DNA from: Candidatus Latescibacterota bacterium
GTDB lineage: Bacteria > Latescibacterota > UBA2968 > GCA-2709665
DNA length: 64,000 nucleotides
Assembly: GCA_965222075.1 (NCBI GenBank)
Contig: OZ244937.1
Location: 1,440,001-1,504,000 of the forward strand
Direction of reading: 5' to 3'
Within the stretch, counting starts at the first letter, position 1; every line of letters begins with the position of its first letter. Positions 9,291 to 19,876 of the stretch are shown here, piece by piece. A program made the translations under genes and the position numbers. Under the pieces are notes generated by a model that saw only the letters and a list, made by a program, of their open reading frames with translations, was not told where the DNA came from and made no database searches.

Positions 9291-10373
9291 TCAGACGTGA
9301 AACAAAAACTGAACCACATCCCCATCCCGCACCGGATAATCCTTACCTTCGGTCCGTATCTTTCCGGCCTCCCGGAGCCTGTCCATGCCACCGGCAGCGG
9401 CCAGGTCGCCATAAGAGACCACCTCTGCCCGGATGAACCCCTGCTCCATATCGGAATGAATTTCACCAGCCGCCTCCGGGGCAGGCGTTCCCTCTACGAG
9501 CTGCCATGCCCTGAGCTTTTCGTTGGCCACGGTATAAAAAGTAATCAGGTTCAGCAGCCGGTAGCCCGCCAGAATTAACCGGTCAACACCCGTCTCTTCC
9601 AACCCCAGATCGGACAGGAAGGCCTCCCGGTCTTCGGGAGGCAGCTGGGCGATCTCCGACTCGATCTGGGCCGAAATCACCAGCACCCGGTCCGGGCCGC
9701 AGCGCTCCTTCAGCCGCTCCGTATATGCCCCACCCTCAGGCACATTCTCTTCTCCCACATTCGCCAGATAAAGCACCGGCTTCCCGGTGAGGAAGTGGTA
9801 GCCCTTAACGACCCTCTGCTCGTCTTCGGAGAGGTCCAGGGCGTGCACCGGCACCTCCTGTTGCAGCTCCGATACAACCCTGACCACAATATCCTGCTCT
9901 CGTTTTTCAGGAGCGCGGGGACCGGCCTTCCTCAGCCGCTGCAGCGCCCCTTCGGCGGACTCCAAATCGGCTAAAATCAACTCCGTTCCAACGGTCTCCA
10001 CATCCCGCACCGGATCTACCCCACCCCCCACGTTGGCCACCCGGTCGTCTTCAAAACAGCGGACCACGTGCACCAGCGCATCCGCCTCCCGAATATGGCC
10101 CAAAAACCGGTTGCCCAGCCCCTCTCCCCGGCTGGCCCCCCGAACCAGTCCGGCGATGTCCACGAACCGAATGTGGGTAGGCGTACAGGTCTGGGGCTTT
10201 ATGATCTTGTTCAGACGAACCAGGCGTTCGTCCGGAACCTCCACCATCCCTACGTTGGGTTCCACGGTACAGAAAGGATAGTTGGATGCCTCGGCCTGCG
10301 CCTGGGTCAGGACGTTGAACAGCGTCGATTTGCCCACATTGGGCAGGCCGATAATTCCGATGAACAGGGACAT
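9291..10373 (-). CDS. ychF: Redox-regulated ATPase YchF
   Basis: GIIGLPNVGKSTLFN, NYPFCTVEPN, DIAGLVRGASRGEGLGNRFL, TGS domain EGKDYPVRDGDVVQFLF. Start moved to ATG 10373. Confidence 0.97.
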   Translation of the reverse strand: MSLFIGIIGLPNVGKSTLFNVLTQAQAEASNYPFCTVEPNVGMVEVPDERLVRLNKIIKPQTCTPTHIRFVDIAGLVRGASRGEGLGNRFLGHIREADALVHVVRCFEDDRVANVGGGVDPVRDVETVGTELILADLESAEGALQRLRKAGPRAPEKREQDIVVRVVSELQQEVPVHALDLSEDEQRVVKGYHFLTGKPVLYLANVGEENVPEGGAYTERLKERCGPDRVLVISAQIESEIAQLPPEDREAFLSDLGLEETGVDRLILAGYRLLNLITFYTVANEKLRAWQLVEGTPAPEAAGEIHSDMEQGFIRAEVVSYGDLAAAGGMDRLREAGKIRTEGKDYPVRDGDVVQFLFHV

Positions 10374-10397
10374 CTCACCTCGTATGGTGCGCCTTTG

Positions 10398-10436
10398 AAA
10401 AACGGCCAGCGATTGAGCGTTCAATTGCTGGCCGTT
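10398..10436 (-). terminator. Intrinsic terminator after the Mo-hydroxylase/MoaD operon
   Basis: AACGGCCAGCGATTGA-gcgt-TCAATTGCTGGCCGTT with a U-tract on the minus strand; near-identical hairpin at 20485-20526. Confidence 0.8.
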
Positions 10437-10457
10437 CAAACCTTCGGCGTTTGCCTG

Positions 10458-10724
10458 TTATCGCCCGCCGCTGATGGCGGTTACAAAGTGGATCTCGCTT
10501 TCCGGGTCTACCTTCTGCCTCATCCCCTCGTTGGTCACCACCCCGTCCACCGAAACGGCAAGACCGGGCCGAATCCGGTCCTCCTCGCACACCCGGTCTT
10601 TGACGCCAGGGTAGGCGGCCTCTAAGTTATTGATCACCTCCCGGATCGTCTCCCCTTCAACCCGAACCTGCTCCTTCCCGCCTGTCAGGCCCTGCATCAG
10701 CGATGGAATCCAGACCACGGGCAT
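10458..10724 (-). CDS. MoaD/ThiS family ubiquitin-like sulfur carrier
   Basis: MPVVWIPSLMQGLTGGKEQVRVEGETIREVINNL...EIHFVTAISGGR (88 aa), a beta-grasp signature; true start at ATG 10724. Confidence 0.9.
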   Translation of the reverse strand: MPVVWIPSLMQGLTGGKEQVRVEGETIREVINNLEAAYPGVKDRVCEEDRIRPGLAVSVDGVVTNEGMRQKVDPESEIHFVTAISGGR

Positions 10725-10728
10725 CGGG

Positions 10729-13056
10729 TTACGCCTTTCCATTTCCGTCTTTGGACCACAGGGTCTCCATGATCCGGCCCGGCGACATCGGCAGTTCGTA
10801 CATCCGCACGCCGACCGCCCGGTAAACCGCATTGGCAACAGCCGCCGGGGGCGGCACAATGGGCACCTCGCCCACGCCGCGCACCCCATAGGGATGCCCG
10901 GGGTTGGGCACCTCTACAATCACCGTCTCGATCATCGGCAGGTCTAAGCAGGTCGGCATCCGGTAGTCCAGGAAGCTGGCGTTGGTCAGCACCCCGTCTT
11001 TGTTGTAAATATACTCCTCGCTCAGCGCCCACCCAACGCCCTGCGCCACGCCACCCTGCATCTGCCCTTCCACGTAGCTGGGGTGGATCGCCTTCCCCGC
11101 GTCCTGGACGATGGTGCAGCGCAGGGTATCCACCTTCCCGGTCTCCGGGTCCACCTCCACGTCCACAATCATCAACGCAAAAGCCCCGCCCGGTCCCCTG
11201 GGCGTCACCGTCGCGCGGCCCACCAGCGCAGGTCCACCCGTCTGGCCGAGCTTCCCGGCCACTTCTTTGAATGTCATCGATTTCGACGCACCTGCCTGTG
11301 CGGAGCACGCAGACAGGTCCGACCTTGACCGGACCGCGCCATCTTCGTAGACCACGTCGTCTTCCGAGATTTCCCAGAACCGGGCCGCCCGCTCGACCAT
11401 CTGCCGTTTGATATCCTGCGCCGCCTCGTAGGCCGCAAAGCCGGTGGCAAAGGTGGTGCGGCTGCCTCCGGTTCCGTCCGTATGGCCGATGGCATCGGTA
11501 TCGACCACCATCGGCGTTACCTCCTCTGCCGGAATACCCAGCGCCTCTGCAAGGTGCATCGCAATAGACGTCCGGGTGCCCCCAATGTCCGGCGAGCCTT
11601 CCACCAGGGTAACCGACCCGTCGGGATTTACGTTCGCAATCGCGACCGACGTCCCCCCGCCGTTGAACCAGAACCCCAATGCGACACCCCGCCCCCGGTT
11701 CGGCCCCTCTAACGGGGCGGTGGTGTGGGGGTGGTCCATCGCAGCCCGGATCACCTCCTCACAGCCGATGCGGGGATAGATCGGGCCGTCCGCCCGCCGG
11801 GTGCCCTCTTTGGACGCATTCGCCAGCCGGAATTCAAGCGGGTCCATGTCCAGTTCTTCGCAGATCTCGTCGATCACCGTCTCGGACGCAAACGCCGCAT
11901 TCGTAGCCCCGGGCGCCCGGTAGGCCGACGTCTGGGGTTTGTTGACCACCACGTCGTACCCATCGATCTGCGTATTCTCGATATTGTAGGGCGCAAAAAT
12001 ACAGCCTGCGCCTGCCCCGACCGGAGACCCCGGATAGGCGCCCGCCTCGTAGGCCATATACGCCTCTGCGGCCACCAGCTTTCCCTCCCTCGTCGCCCCC
12101 ATCTTCACCCGGATGTACGACGCGGGCGTTGGACCGGTGCCCTTGAGGACCTCCGTCCGGCTCATCACAAACTTGACCGGATGGCCAGTTTTTTTGGAAA
12201 GCAGCGCCGCCACAGGCTCGTGGTAAACCCGAAACTTCCCGCCGAATCCCCCGCCGATCTCGGCTGGAACCACCCGAACCCTGGCAATGGGGATGCCCAG
12301 CACATCCGCCACCTGGCTGCGCACGTCGAAAGGCCCCTGTGTGCTGCACCAGACGGTCACCCGACCGTCCGTATTCCAGAGCGCCGTGGCGTTGTGGGGT
12401 TCGATATATCCCTGGTGCACCGTCCCGGTTGTAAACTCCCGCTCGACCACCACATCCGCCTCTTCGAACCCTTTCTCAACATCTCCGAACTTGTGCTGGA
12501 AGTGGTTGGCGATATTGCTCTTCTTATCGGTCTTTTCCCCCAGCGATCTCATCATCAGGTCGTCGTGCAAAAGGGGCACATCCTCTTTCATCGCCTTCTG
12601 AACATCCAGCACCGGGGGCAGGACCTCGTAGTCGACCTCGATCAGTTCCGCCGCCTCTTCCGCGATATGGACAGAGGTCGCAGCCACAGCCGCGACCGCA
12701 TGCCCCTCATAGAGCACCTTGTCATAGGCCAGCACGTTCTTCATCAGGTTGCTCAGCGTAACGACCCCCTCGCCCACCGCTCTGACCTTGTCTTCCACAA
12801 CCCTGGCCAGGTCCTTACCCGTCACCACCGCCTTCACACCGGGGTGCGCCTCTGCGCGGCTGGTATCGATCGATTTGATCCGCGCATGCGCATGCGGGCT
12901 TCTCAACGACTTCCCGTACAGCAGACCGGCCATCTGCACATCGGCCCCATACACCGCCCGCCCCGTCACCTTGTCCGCGCCGTCGTGCCGGATGGGCCGC
13001 GTACCGACGACTTTGTAATCCGTAATTCCCAGATATTCTTCCGTCTTTGTCGCCAT
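10729..13056 (-). CDS. Xanthine dehydrogenase/CoxL-like molybdopterin-binding subunit (paralogue 1; 9-aa repeat insertion)
   Basis: [45 protein letters not shown]. Confidence 0.95.
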   Translation of the reverse strand: MATKTEEYLGITDYKVVGTRPIRHDGADKVTGRAVYGADVQMAGLLYGKSLRSPHAHARIKSIDTSRAEAHPGVKAVVTGKDLARVVEDKVRAVGEGVVTLSNLMKNVLAYDKVLYEGHAVAAVAATSVHIAEEAAELIEVDYEVLPPVLDVQKAMKEDVPLLHDDLMMRSLGEKTDKKSNIANHFQHKFGDVEKGFEEADVVVEREFTTGTVHQGYIEPHNATALWNTDGRVTVWCSTQGPFDVRSQVADVLGIPIARVRVVPAEIGGGFGGKFRVYHEPVAALLSKKTGHPVKFVMSRTEVLKGTGPTPASYIRVKMGATREGKLVAAEAYMAYEAGAYPGSPVGAGAGCIFAPYNIENTQIDGYDVVVNKPQTSAYRAPGATNAAFASETVIDEICEELDMDPLEFRLANASKEGTRRADGPIYPRIGCEEVIRAAMDHPHTTAPLEGPNRGRGVALGFWFNGGGTSVAIANVNPDGSVTLVEGSPDIGGTRTSIAMHLAEALGIPAEEVTPMVVDTDAIGHTDGTGGSRTTFATGFAAYEAAQDIKRQMVERAARFWEISEDDVVYEDGAVRSRSDLSACSAQAGASKSMTFKEVAGKLGQTGGPALVGRATVTPRGPGGAFALMIVDVEVDPETGKVDTLRCTIVQDAGKAIHPSYVEGQMQGGVAQGVGWALSEEYIYNKDGVLTNASFLDYRMPTCLDLPMIETVIVEVPNPGHPYGVRGVGEVPIVPPPAAVANAVYRAVGVRMYELPMSPGRIMETLWSKDGNGKA
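11290..11318. repeat. Short palindromic element inserted in frame in Mo subunit 1
   Basis: ACCTGCCTGTGCGGAGCACGCAGACAGGT; deleting 11289-11315 (27 nt) restores SDPSKS as in the paralogues. Confidence 0.9.
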
Positions 13057-13092
13057 TTGTGGTCTATCTCCAGGGTCTTAACCCATTTTAAA

Positions 13093-13121
13093 ACCTGTCT
13101 GCGTGCATCGCACAGGCAGGT
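13093..13121. repeat. Short palindromic element, intergenic copy in opposite orientation
   Basis: ACCTGTCTGCGTGCATCGCACAGGCAGGT; its reverse complement matches the 11290 copy except for 2 loop bases. Confidence 0.9.
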
Positions 13122-13129
13122 CCGAATTT

Positions 13130-13166
13130 CCGTAGCATGCAGAGCGTCGGCAGGGCGCCCCTACGG
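13130..13166. repeat. Degenerate GTAG-type REP-like palindrome overlapping a stop codon
   Basis: Minus strand reads CCGTAGGGGCGCCCTG...GCATGCTACGG; the TAG of GTAG is the stop of Mo subunit 2. Confidence 0.4.
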
Positions 13167-15452
13167 TCCATCCCCACCTGTGGCCCAGAGCGCCTCCAGA
13201 ATCTGCCCCGGAGACATCGGCAGCACCTCCATCCGCACGCCGATCGCCCGGTAAATCGCATTGGCAAGCGCCGCCGGAGGAGGGACAATGGACGCCTCGC
13301 CTACGCCGCGCACCCCGTAGGGATGGCCCGGATTGGGCACCTCTACAATCACCGTTTCGATCATCGGCAGGTCCAGGCAGGTCGGCATCCGGTAATCCAG
13401 CAGGCTGGCGTTGGCCAGTTCCCCTCTTTCGGTGTAGAAATACTCCTCGTTCAGCCCCCACCCGATGCCCTGCGCCGTCCCGCCCTGCATCTGCCCTTCT
13501 ACGTAACTGGGGTGAATCGCCTTCCCCGCGTCCTGGACCATAGTCACGCGCAGAATATCAACCTTGCCGGTCTCCGGGTCCACTTCCACATCCACGATCA
13601 TCATCGTAAAGGATCCGCCCACCCCCTGTGGATCAACGGTCGCACGCCCCATCAACGGCCCGCCCGTTTGATTAAGCTTGCCTGACAACTCTTTGAACGA
13701 CAGAGATTTCGACGGATCAGATTTGGACCTGAACGTGCCGTCTTCAAATGCTACGTCATCCCCGGAGATCTCCCAGAATGTGGCGGCCCGCTCCACCATC
13801 TGCCGGATGATATCCTGCGCTGCTTCGTAAGCCGCCCAGCCGGTGGCGAAGGTCACGCGGCTACCGCCAGTGACGTCCGTCTCCCCCACCCCGTCGGTAT
13901 CCGCCACGACCGGCTTCACGTCCTCCACCGGGATGCCCAGCGGCTCGGCGAGCTGCATCGCCACCGACGTTCGCGTGCCGCCGATGTCGGTCGAACCCTC
14001 CACCAGGCTGACCGTACCGTCCGTATTCACGCTGGCGCTGGCGCTGGACTTCAGCCCCACGTTGAACCAGAAGCCGGACGCCACTCCCCGGCCCCGGTTC
14101 GGCCCCTCTATGGACGACCTGTAATGGTCGGATGCCATCGCCGCCTTCACCACCTCCTCGTGCCCGACCCGGGGGAAGGTCGGCCCATCCGCCCGGCGCG
14201 TGCCCTCCTTCGCCGAGTTCATCAGCCGAAACGCCAGAGGTTCCATCTCCAGCTGCTCGCAGATCTCGTCCACCACCGTCTCCGACCCAAACGCCGCATT
14301 GGTCGCGCCCGGCGCCCGGTAGGCCATCGTCTGCGGTTTGTTGACCACCACATTGTAGCCTTCGATCAGTATGTTCTCAATATCGTAGGGCGAAAAAATA
14401 CACATCGCCCCCGGCTCCGCCCAGCCGCCCGGGAACCCGCCCGACTCGTAGGCCAGATAGGCCTGTGCGGCCACCAGCCTGCCATCCTTTTTCGCTCCCA
14501 TCTTCACCCGGATATACGACCCCGGGGTCGGTCCGGTCGCCTTCAACACTTCGTCCCGGCTCATCACCATCTTCACCGGCCGGCCGGTCTTCCCTGACAG
14601 CAGCGCCGCAACAGGCTCCAAATAGACCCGGATCTTCCCGCCGAACCCCCCGCCGATCTCTGTGGGAATCACCCGCACGTTCACCACCGAAGTCTGGAGC
14701 AGCGCCGCCACCTGCTCACGGACCGTAAACGCCCCCTGGGTGCTGCACCAGACCGTCAGCCGCCCGTCCGGGTTCCACAGCGCCGTGGCGTTCTGCGGCT
14801 CGATATACCCCTGGTGCACAGTACCGGTTTGAAACTCCCGTTCGACCACCACGTCCGCCTCTTCAAATGCTTTCTCAACATCTCCGAATTTGTGCTGAAA
14901 GTGGGTGGCGATATTGCTCACCTTGCCGGTATCTTCGCCCAGGGACTGGGTGATCAAATCTTCAATCAGAAGCGGCGCATCCTCCGCCATCGCCTCCCGC
15001 ACGTCCAGCAGTGGCGGCAGCACCTCGTAGTCCACCTCGATCAGTTCCAGGGCCTCTTCGGCGGTGTGCGGGTCGGTGGCCGCCACCGCCGCCACCGCGT
15101 GCCCTTCGTAGAGCACCTTGCCGTCGGCCAGCACGTTGGCGCGCAGGTACAGGATATTGGTGGGACCCTCGCCCAACTCCACAATCGCCGACTCCGGAAC
15201 GGGGATATCCGCGACCGTCACCACGGCCCTCACCCCCGGGTGCGCCTCGGCCTTGCTGGTATCGATCGACTTGATCCGGGCGTGTGCATGGGGGCTGCGC
15301 AACACCTTCCCATGCAGCAGGCCGGCCATCTGCACATCGGCACCGTAGATCGCCCGCCCCGTTACCTTGTCCACCCCGTCGTGCCGGATCGGCCGGGTGC
15401 CGATCACCTTATAGTCTTCAATCCCCAGATAGTCTTCAGTCTTGGCCGCCAT
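13161..15452 (-). CDS. Xanthine dehydrogenase/CoxL-like molybdopterin-binding subunit (paralogue 2)
   Basis: Same motif set: [27 protein letters not shown]. Confidence 0.95.
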   Translation of the reverse strand: MAAKTEDYLGIEDYKVIGTRPIRHDGVDKVTGRAIYGADVQMAGLLHGKVLRSPHAHARIKSIDTSKAEAHPGVRAVVTVADIPVPESAIVELGEGPTNILYLRANVLADGKVLYEGHAVAAVAATDPHTAEEALELIEVDYEVLPPLLDVREAMAEDAPLLIEDLITQSLGEDTGKVSNIATHFQHKFGDVEKAFEEADVVVEREFQTGTVHQGYIEPQNATALWNPDGRLTVWCSTQGAFTVREQVAALLQTSVVNVRVIPTEIGGGFGGKIRVYLEPVAALLSGKTGRPVKMVMSRDEVLKATGPTPGSYIRVKMGAKKDGRLVAAQAYLAYESGGFPGGWAEPGAMCIFSPYDIENILIEGYNVVVNKPQTMAYRAPGATNAAFGSETVVDEICEQLEMEPLAFRLMNSAKEGTRRADGPTFPRVGHEEVVKAAMASDHYRSSIEGPNRGRGVASGFWFNVGLKSSASASVNTDGTVSLVEGSTDIGGTRTSVAMQLAEPLGIPVEDVKPVVADTDGVGETDVTGGSRVTFATGWAAYEAAQDIIRQMVERAATFWEISGDDVAFEDGTFRSKSDPSKSLSFKELSGKLNQTGGPLMGRATVDPQGVGGSFTMMIVDVEVDPETGKVDILRVTMVQDAGKAIHPSYVEGQMQGGTAQGIGWGLNEEYFYTERGELANASLLDYRMPTCLDLPMIETVIVEVPNPGHPYGVRGVGEASIVPPPAALANAIYRAIGVRMEVLPMSPGQILEALWATGGDGP

Positions 15453-15457
15453 CGGTT

Positions 15458-15934
15458 CTATCCCTCCATCGTCTGGGCCGCATCCTGTACGGCCTGGACA
15501 ATTTTATCGTACCCGGTGCAACGACACAGATTGCCTGCCAGCCAGAGGCGGATCCGGTGTTCGGACGGATTCGGCTCCCGCTCCAGCAGCGCCTTTGCCG
15601 CCACGATAAACCCCGGCGTACAGATGCCACACTGAAGCGCCGCGTGTTCCAGGAACTTCTGCTGCAGCGGGTGCAGCCCCTCGGGGCTGGCGACCCCCTC
15701 GATCGTTGTGATCTCGCTCCCCTGCGCCTCCACCCCCAGCACCAGGCAGGAATCGACCACACGCCCGTCCAGGATTACGCTGCAGGCCCCGCAGTTACCG
15801 TTGCTGCACCCCTCTTTTGTGCCGGTCAGCCCGAGGGTATCCCTCAAGACCTCTAAGAGCGTCTCCCGGGGTTCACACAGGAGATCGACATCCTCACCGT
15901 TAATTTTGGTCTCTACGTGTACTTTGCCAGGCAT
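15458..15934 (-). CDS. (2Fe-2S)-binding small subunit, CoxS/CutS family
   Basis: [16 protein letters not shown]...SC; QCGICTPG; GNLCRCTGY. Confidence 0.96.
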   Translation of the reverse strand: MPGKVHVETKINGEDVDLLCEPRETLLEVLRDTLGLTGTKEGCSNGNCGACSVILDGRVVDSCLVLGVEAQGSEITTIEGVASPEGLHPLQQKFLEHAALQCGICTPGFIVAAKALLEREPNPSEHRIRLWLAGNLCRCTGYDKIVQAVQDAAQTMEG

Positions 15935-15957
15935 TGATCCAGACTCCTTTGCTCGTT

Positions 15958-16833
15958 TTAAGACGCCTGTGCACGTTCAATAGCGCCCCTGATCGCTCGC
16001 CTGGTCAGCACGCCGGTCAGGTGCTTCCGCTGTTCCACGGTGCCGCGCATATCGCTAATAGGCCGGGCGGCCTCCCTCGCGATCTCCGCCGCCCTCTCAA
16101 CCGCCTCATCGGAAATTCCGTTCCCGGCCAGGGCCTCTGCGGCCTCCGACAGAAATAGGGGGATTGGCGCCACCGCGCCCACGGCAATCCGCGCAGACGC
16201 AACCCTGTTCTTGTCCTCATTCAGGACCACCGACGCGGCTGCGTTTACCACCGCGATATCCATCTCGTTCCTCGGAATGAACCGGAGGAAGAACGCCCCG
16301 GAATTGGGCTGCGGCGGTGGGATATGCAGCGAAACCAGAAACTCTCCGCTCTCCAAGACCGTCTGTCCGGGGCCCGTGCAGAAATCCTCAACCGCCACCT
16401 CCCGCCTGCCGTTGGGACCTGCAATCTGCGCCACTGCTCCAAGGACGATAATCGACGGAACCGTATCCGCCGCCGGAGAGGCATTGCACAGGTTGCCGCC
16501 CACCGTTGCGCGGCTCTGGATCTGAATCGACCCGATCAGCGACGTTGAATCCACCAGCGCCGGATAGGCCGCCGCGATGGCTTCATCCTCGTAAATCCGG
16601 CAGCAGGGCACCCCGGCGCCCAGTTGAAGCCCGTTCTCGGAATCGTAAGACAACGCGTTGGCCTCGGGGATCTTTTTGACGTCCACAAGAATATTCACCC
16701 GGAGCCGCCCCTCCTGGAGCTGTGCGATAATGTCGGACCCTCCGGCCAGCAAGCGGGCCTGATCGCCGTGTTCTGAAAGCAGCGAAACCACCTCATCGAC
16801 CGATTGGGGAGCCGCATAGTCAAATGCGTGCAA
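15958..16833 (-). CDS. FAD-binding medium subunit, CoxM/CutM family
   Basis: LLAGGSD, IQSRATVGGNLCNASPAAD, PISDMRG. Likely TTG start at 16833 with AGGAGG RBS. Confidence 0.95.
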   Translation of the reverse strand: MHAFDYAAPQSVDEVVSLLSEHGDQARLLAGGSDIIAQLQEGRLRVNILVDVKKIPEANALSYDSENGLQLGAGVPCCRIYEDEAIAAAYPALVDSTSLIGSIQIQSRATVGGNLCNASPAADTVPSIIVLGAVAQIAGPNGRREVAVEDFCTGPGQTVLESGEFLVSLHIPPPQPNSGAFFLRFIPRNEMDIAVVNAAASVVLNEDKNRVASARIAVGAVAPIPLFLSEAAEALAGNGISDEAVERAAEIAREAARPISDMRGTVEQRKHLTGVLTRRAIRGAIERAQAS

Positions 16834-16897
16834 GGCAATTCCTCCTATCGTTTTGGGAGATAAATGCGTCAAAAACCTGCTTTGGCCTTCGAGCACA

Positions 16898-16926
16898 AGA
16901 ATACGATTTCTCAACAACGCTGTCAA
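16898..16926 (-). promoter_or_regulatory. sigma70 promoter of the M-S-L-L-moaD operon
   Basis: TTGACA-17 nt-TATTCT on the minus strand, about 65 nt upstream of the start. Confidence 0.75.
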
Positions 16927-17021
16927 GCGTTTTTCAAATAGCTGTCCCTTGATTGTCTTTTACCTTAATTCCTTAAGCCCGAGTTTGGCAATCCATGCCG
17001 AGCCGGGGGCTCACAGGATCG

Positions 17022-18077
17022 TCATTTTGCTCCCCTGGCGCAGAGGACTGTATATCCCTCCCGCTGCCCTGCGTCTTTCACCTCTTCAAAGGCCTGCGCC
17101 ATCCGGCGGCGGTAGAGATTTGGCCGCATCACCACCACCATAAACCGTCCGCCGGGCCTGAGGTGCGCTGCGGCCCCCTCCACAAACGGACCGGCCGTTG
17201 CAATCCCTTCGTGCGTTGGCGGGTTGGACAGGATCAGATCGAACGCCTCTCCTGAAATCGCCTCGAACGTATCGCTCACCTCGGCCCTGGCGTTTGTAAC
17301 CCCATTCTTATCCAGATTTACCCGGGCGCACCGGACCGCCCGCAGGTCCGCATCCACCAGCACCGCCTCCCCCTGCCGGGCCAGCCGGGCTGCCGCAATC
17401 CCGATCGCCCCGTACCCGCACCCCAGGTCGAGCACCCGGTCTCCGGGCCGGACCGCCATCGTCTCGATCAAAAATCGGGTCCCGGGGTCCAGCCCGTCTC
17501 TGGAGAAGACCCCCGCCCGCACTTCAAAGCGATACGGACCGCAAGGCAGGTCCGGCACCTCAAAAGCATACAGGGTATTGACCGGTTCGACGCCCGGCGC
17601 CTCTCCCTTTTTGCAAGCCCGGTAGACCCGAACCCCTCCTTTTTTGGCGACCGCCTCCACATTCCCGAAAACCGCCTCAAGCCGTTTTCGGTAGCTCTCC
17701 ACCCCCCGGTCTTTGCGCCCGGACAGGCAGAACCTCCCTCCCATACGCAGCCTCGAAAAGGCCTCGTCGATCAGTTCAAACACCCGCTTCTTGGCCGCCC
17801 ACCGCACGGGTTGGTAGAGCACAACGTCAAAGGAGCCGCCGGATACCTCCTCCAGCGACTCCATCAGAACCGTCCGAAAATTGACCAATCCATCAGATTG
17901 TATCTTATGCTTGCAAAATCGAATATGCCGTATATCCGAACTCACAAAACAGATCTCTTCGGCCACCTCCGCCACCCCAAAACCAGCGGGCTTGCCCTCA
18001 CACCCCAGGTCCAGCACCCTCTCGCCGGGGCGAACTGCGGCACGCTTTATGAGCAGCATCTTTCTACCCCAGGGCAC
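17022..18077 (-). CDS. RsmC-like two-domain class I SAM methyltransferase
   Basis: GVFSRDGLDPGTRFL, VLDLGCGYGAIG, ILSNPPTH; degenerate N-terminal MTase repeat. Start could be ATG 18059. Confidence 0.85.
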   Translation of the reverse strand: MPWGRKMLLIKRAAVRPGERVLDLGCEGKPAGFGVAEVAEEICFVSSDIRHIRFCKHKIQSDGLVNFRTVLMESLEEVSGGSFDVVLYQPVRWAAKKRVFELIDEAFSRLRMGGRFCLSGRKDRGVESYRKRLEAVFGNVEAVAKKGGVRVYRACKKGEAPGVEPVNTLYAFEVPDLPCGPYRFEVRAGVFSRDGLDPGTRFLIETMAVRPGDRVLDLGCGYGAIGIAAARLARQGEAVLVDADLRAVRCARVNLDKNGVTNARAEVSDTFEAISGEAFDLILSNPPTHEGIATAGPFVEGAAAHLRPGGRFMVVVMRPNLYRRRMAQAFEEVKDAGQREGYTVLCARGAK

Positions 18078-18118
18078 GGCACCTGAAGACCATATTCAAA
18101 TTTCCCAAAATGACAACG

Positions 18119-18937
18119 TCACCCGCTCCGCTTGAGCCTCCCCGTTCGCTTCGCATAGACCTCGGCAAGGTGGAACACCCACAATCCCAGCGGAATCAGG
18201 ATCGCCCCGGTAATCACCAGAATCACCAGGTCTCCCCCCACCTCGGCCAGAGAGGCATTCTGAAGCAGCGCCTTTCGGATGGACCGCAGCGCATAGGTCC
18301 CCGGCGAATAGGTCGACAGCGGGCGCAGCCAGTCCGGCAGCACCGACACGTCATAATAGACCCCGGATATCAGCAGCACCAGCGTCCCGAAGATATCGCT
18401 TGCGCGGGCGCCCTTTTCCGGGGACAGGAGCGGGAACACCGCCGCCATCAGCCCCATCCCCAAAAAGGAGAGGCTGCCCGCGGCCAGCACCACGGCGGCC
18501 GTCTGCAGGTTGGCGTCCGCCAGACTCAGAGCGAAAAAGAATACCACGGCCAGCAGCACGATCCCCGCCCGGATAAACCCGTAGAGGACCGCATACAGAC
18601 ACTGCCCCACCAGGTGCGTCAACCGGTAGACCGGGGCCATAAAAGTATACTCGATCGTCCCCTCCCAGCGCTCCCAGGCCACCGATTCGGCCACCTCGTA
18701 AAAGAGCAGCCGGAGAAAATTCCACAGCACCGCACCCACAATCAGAAAAAGCACACTCTGGCGCACCTTCACCGGATCGTCTCCCCCCATGTAGACCCCG
18801 ATCAGCCCGATGGTGAGCACGTGCACCACGTTCCAGAGCACAAAAATGACCTCCCAGCTCGCGTAGCGGCGGGCCAGATTGAAATTCCGCTCCACAAACG
18901 CAACGGAGGCCTTCATTTCTCCTATCACAGAATTCAT
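18119..18937 (-). CDS. ABC-2 type exporter permease
   Basis: 6 TM; ERWEGTIEY; SGVYYDVSVLPDWL...SPGTYALRSIR. Confidence 0.9.
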   Translation of the reverse strand: MNSVIGEMKASVAFVERNFNLARRYASWEVIFVLWNVVHVLTIGLIGVYMGGDDPVKVRQSVLFLIVGAVLWNFLRLLFYEVAESVAWERWEGTIEYTFMAPVYRLTHLVGQCLYAVLYGFIRAGIVLLAVVFFFALSLADANLQTAAVVLAAGSLSFLGMGLMAAVFPLLSPEKGARASDIFGTLVLLISGVYYDVSVLPDWLRPLSTYSPGTYALRSIRKALLQNASLAEVGGDLVILVITGAILIPLGLWVFHLAEVYAKRTGRLKRSG

Positions 18938-19797
18938 TCTCCGCCTCCCCCTTCGGCTTCGTCCTCTAAGTCGGCATGGGCCAGGTCCTTGCCGGTCATC
19001 TTGAAAAATACGTCCTCCAGGGACCCACCCTCGCAGCCGGCGTGGATCTTGAGCTCCTCTACTGTTCCCATCGCAATAAACCGCCCGTGGTGAATAATGG
19101 CCACCCGGTCGCAGACCCGCTCGGCCTCGTCCATATCGTGGGTGGTCAGCAGCACCGTGGCGTCGTTCTTTTGTCTGATGTGCAGGATATAGTCCTGCAC
19201 CTGCCGCTTGGACACCGGATCCAGCCCCGTAGTCGGCTCGTCCATCAACAGCAGCACCGGCCGGGTAAACAGCGCCCGGGCCACGGCCACCTTCTGCTGC
19301 ATCCCCCGCGAGAGGTCCTCTAAGGGCTGATCCATCCGGTCCGACCCAAACCCCATCTCCCCCAGAATCTCCTCCACGCGCCGCCTGGCCTCCCGTATCG
19401 GCACCCCGTAGAGCCGGGCCGCGTAGCTCATATTCTCCCAGGCGGAGAGCTTCTTAAAAAAGGCCGCATCCACCGACACCCGGTTGATGTGGCGCCGCAC
19501 GGGCATAGCATCCTTCACCACGTCCATCCCGAAAATCCTGGCCTCGCCCGCGTCGTGAAACACCAGGGTCGAAAGAATCCGAACAAGGGTCGATTTCCCC
19601 GACCCATTGGGGCCCAGAACGCTGAAAATCTCGCCCCTGGGCACCTCGAAGCTCACTTCATCCACAGCGTAGACGGGCTTGCGCGTCGGGCGCAGCCTGC
19701 GCCAGAAACCGTTGCGCCCCTCCCGCTTCATCCGCACCGAAAACACCTTGCTGACCCCCTGGCAGAAAATGGCAGGGGCGCTCAAGTCGATATCCAA
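18934..19797 (-). CDS. ABC exporter ATP-binding protein
   Basis: GPNGSGKST, LSRGMQQK, LLMDEPTTGLD, TTHDMDEA. Confidence 0.95.
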   Translation of the reverse strand: MDIDLSAPAIFCQGVSKVFSVRMKREGRNGFWRRLRPTRKPVYAVDEVSFEVPRGEIFSVLGPNGSGKSTLVRILSTLVFHDAGEARIFGMDVVKDAMPVRRHINRVSVDAAFFKKLSAWENMSYAARLYGVPIREARRRVEEILGEMGFGSDRMDQPLEDLSRGMQQKVAVARALFTRPVLLLMDEPTTGLDPVSKRQVQDYILHIRQKNDATVLLTTHDMDEAERVCDRVAIIHHGRFIAMGTVEELKIHAGCEGGSLEDVFFKMTGKDLAHADLEDEAEGGGGE

Positions 19798-19876
19798 CGT
19801 GTCATTCCTCCAGTTCGTAAAAAAGAGGATGCGCCTTGCCGGCGCAACCCCTTCCCATTCATCTCCATCGCGTGGC

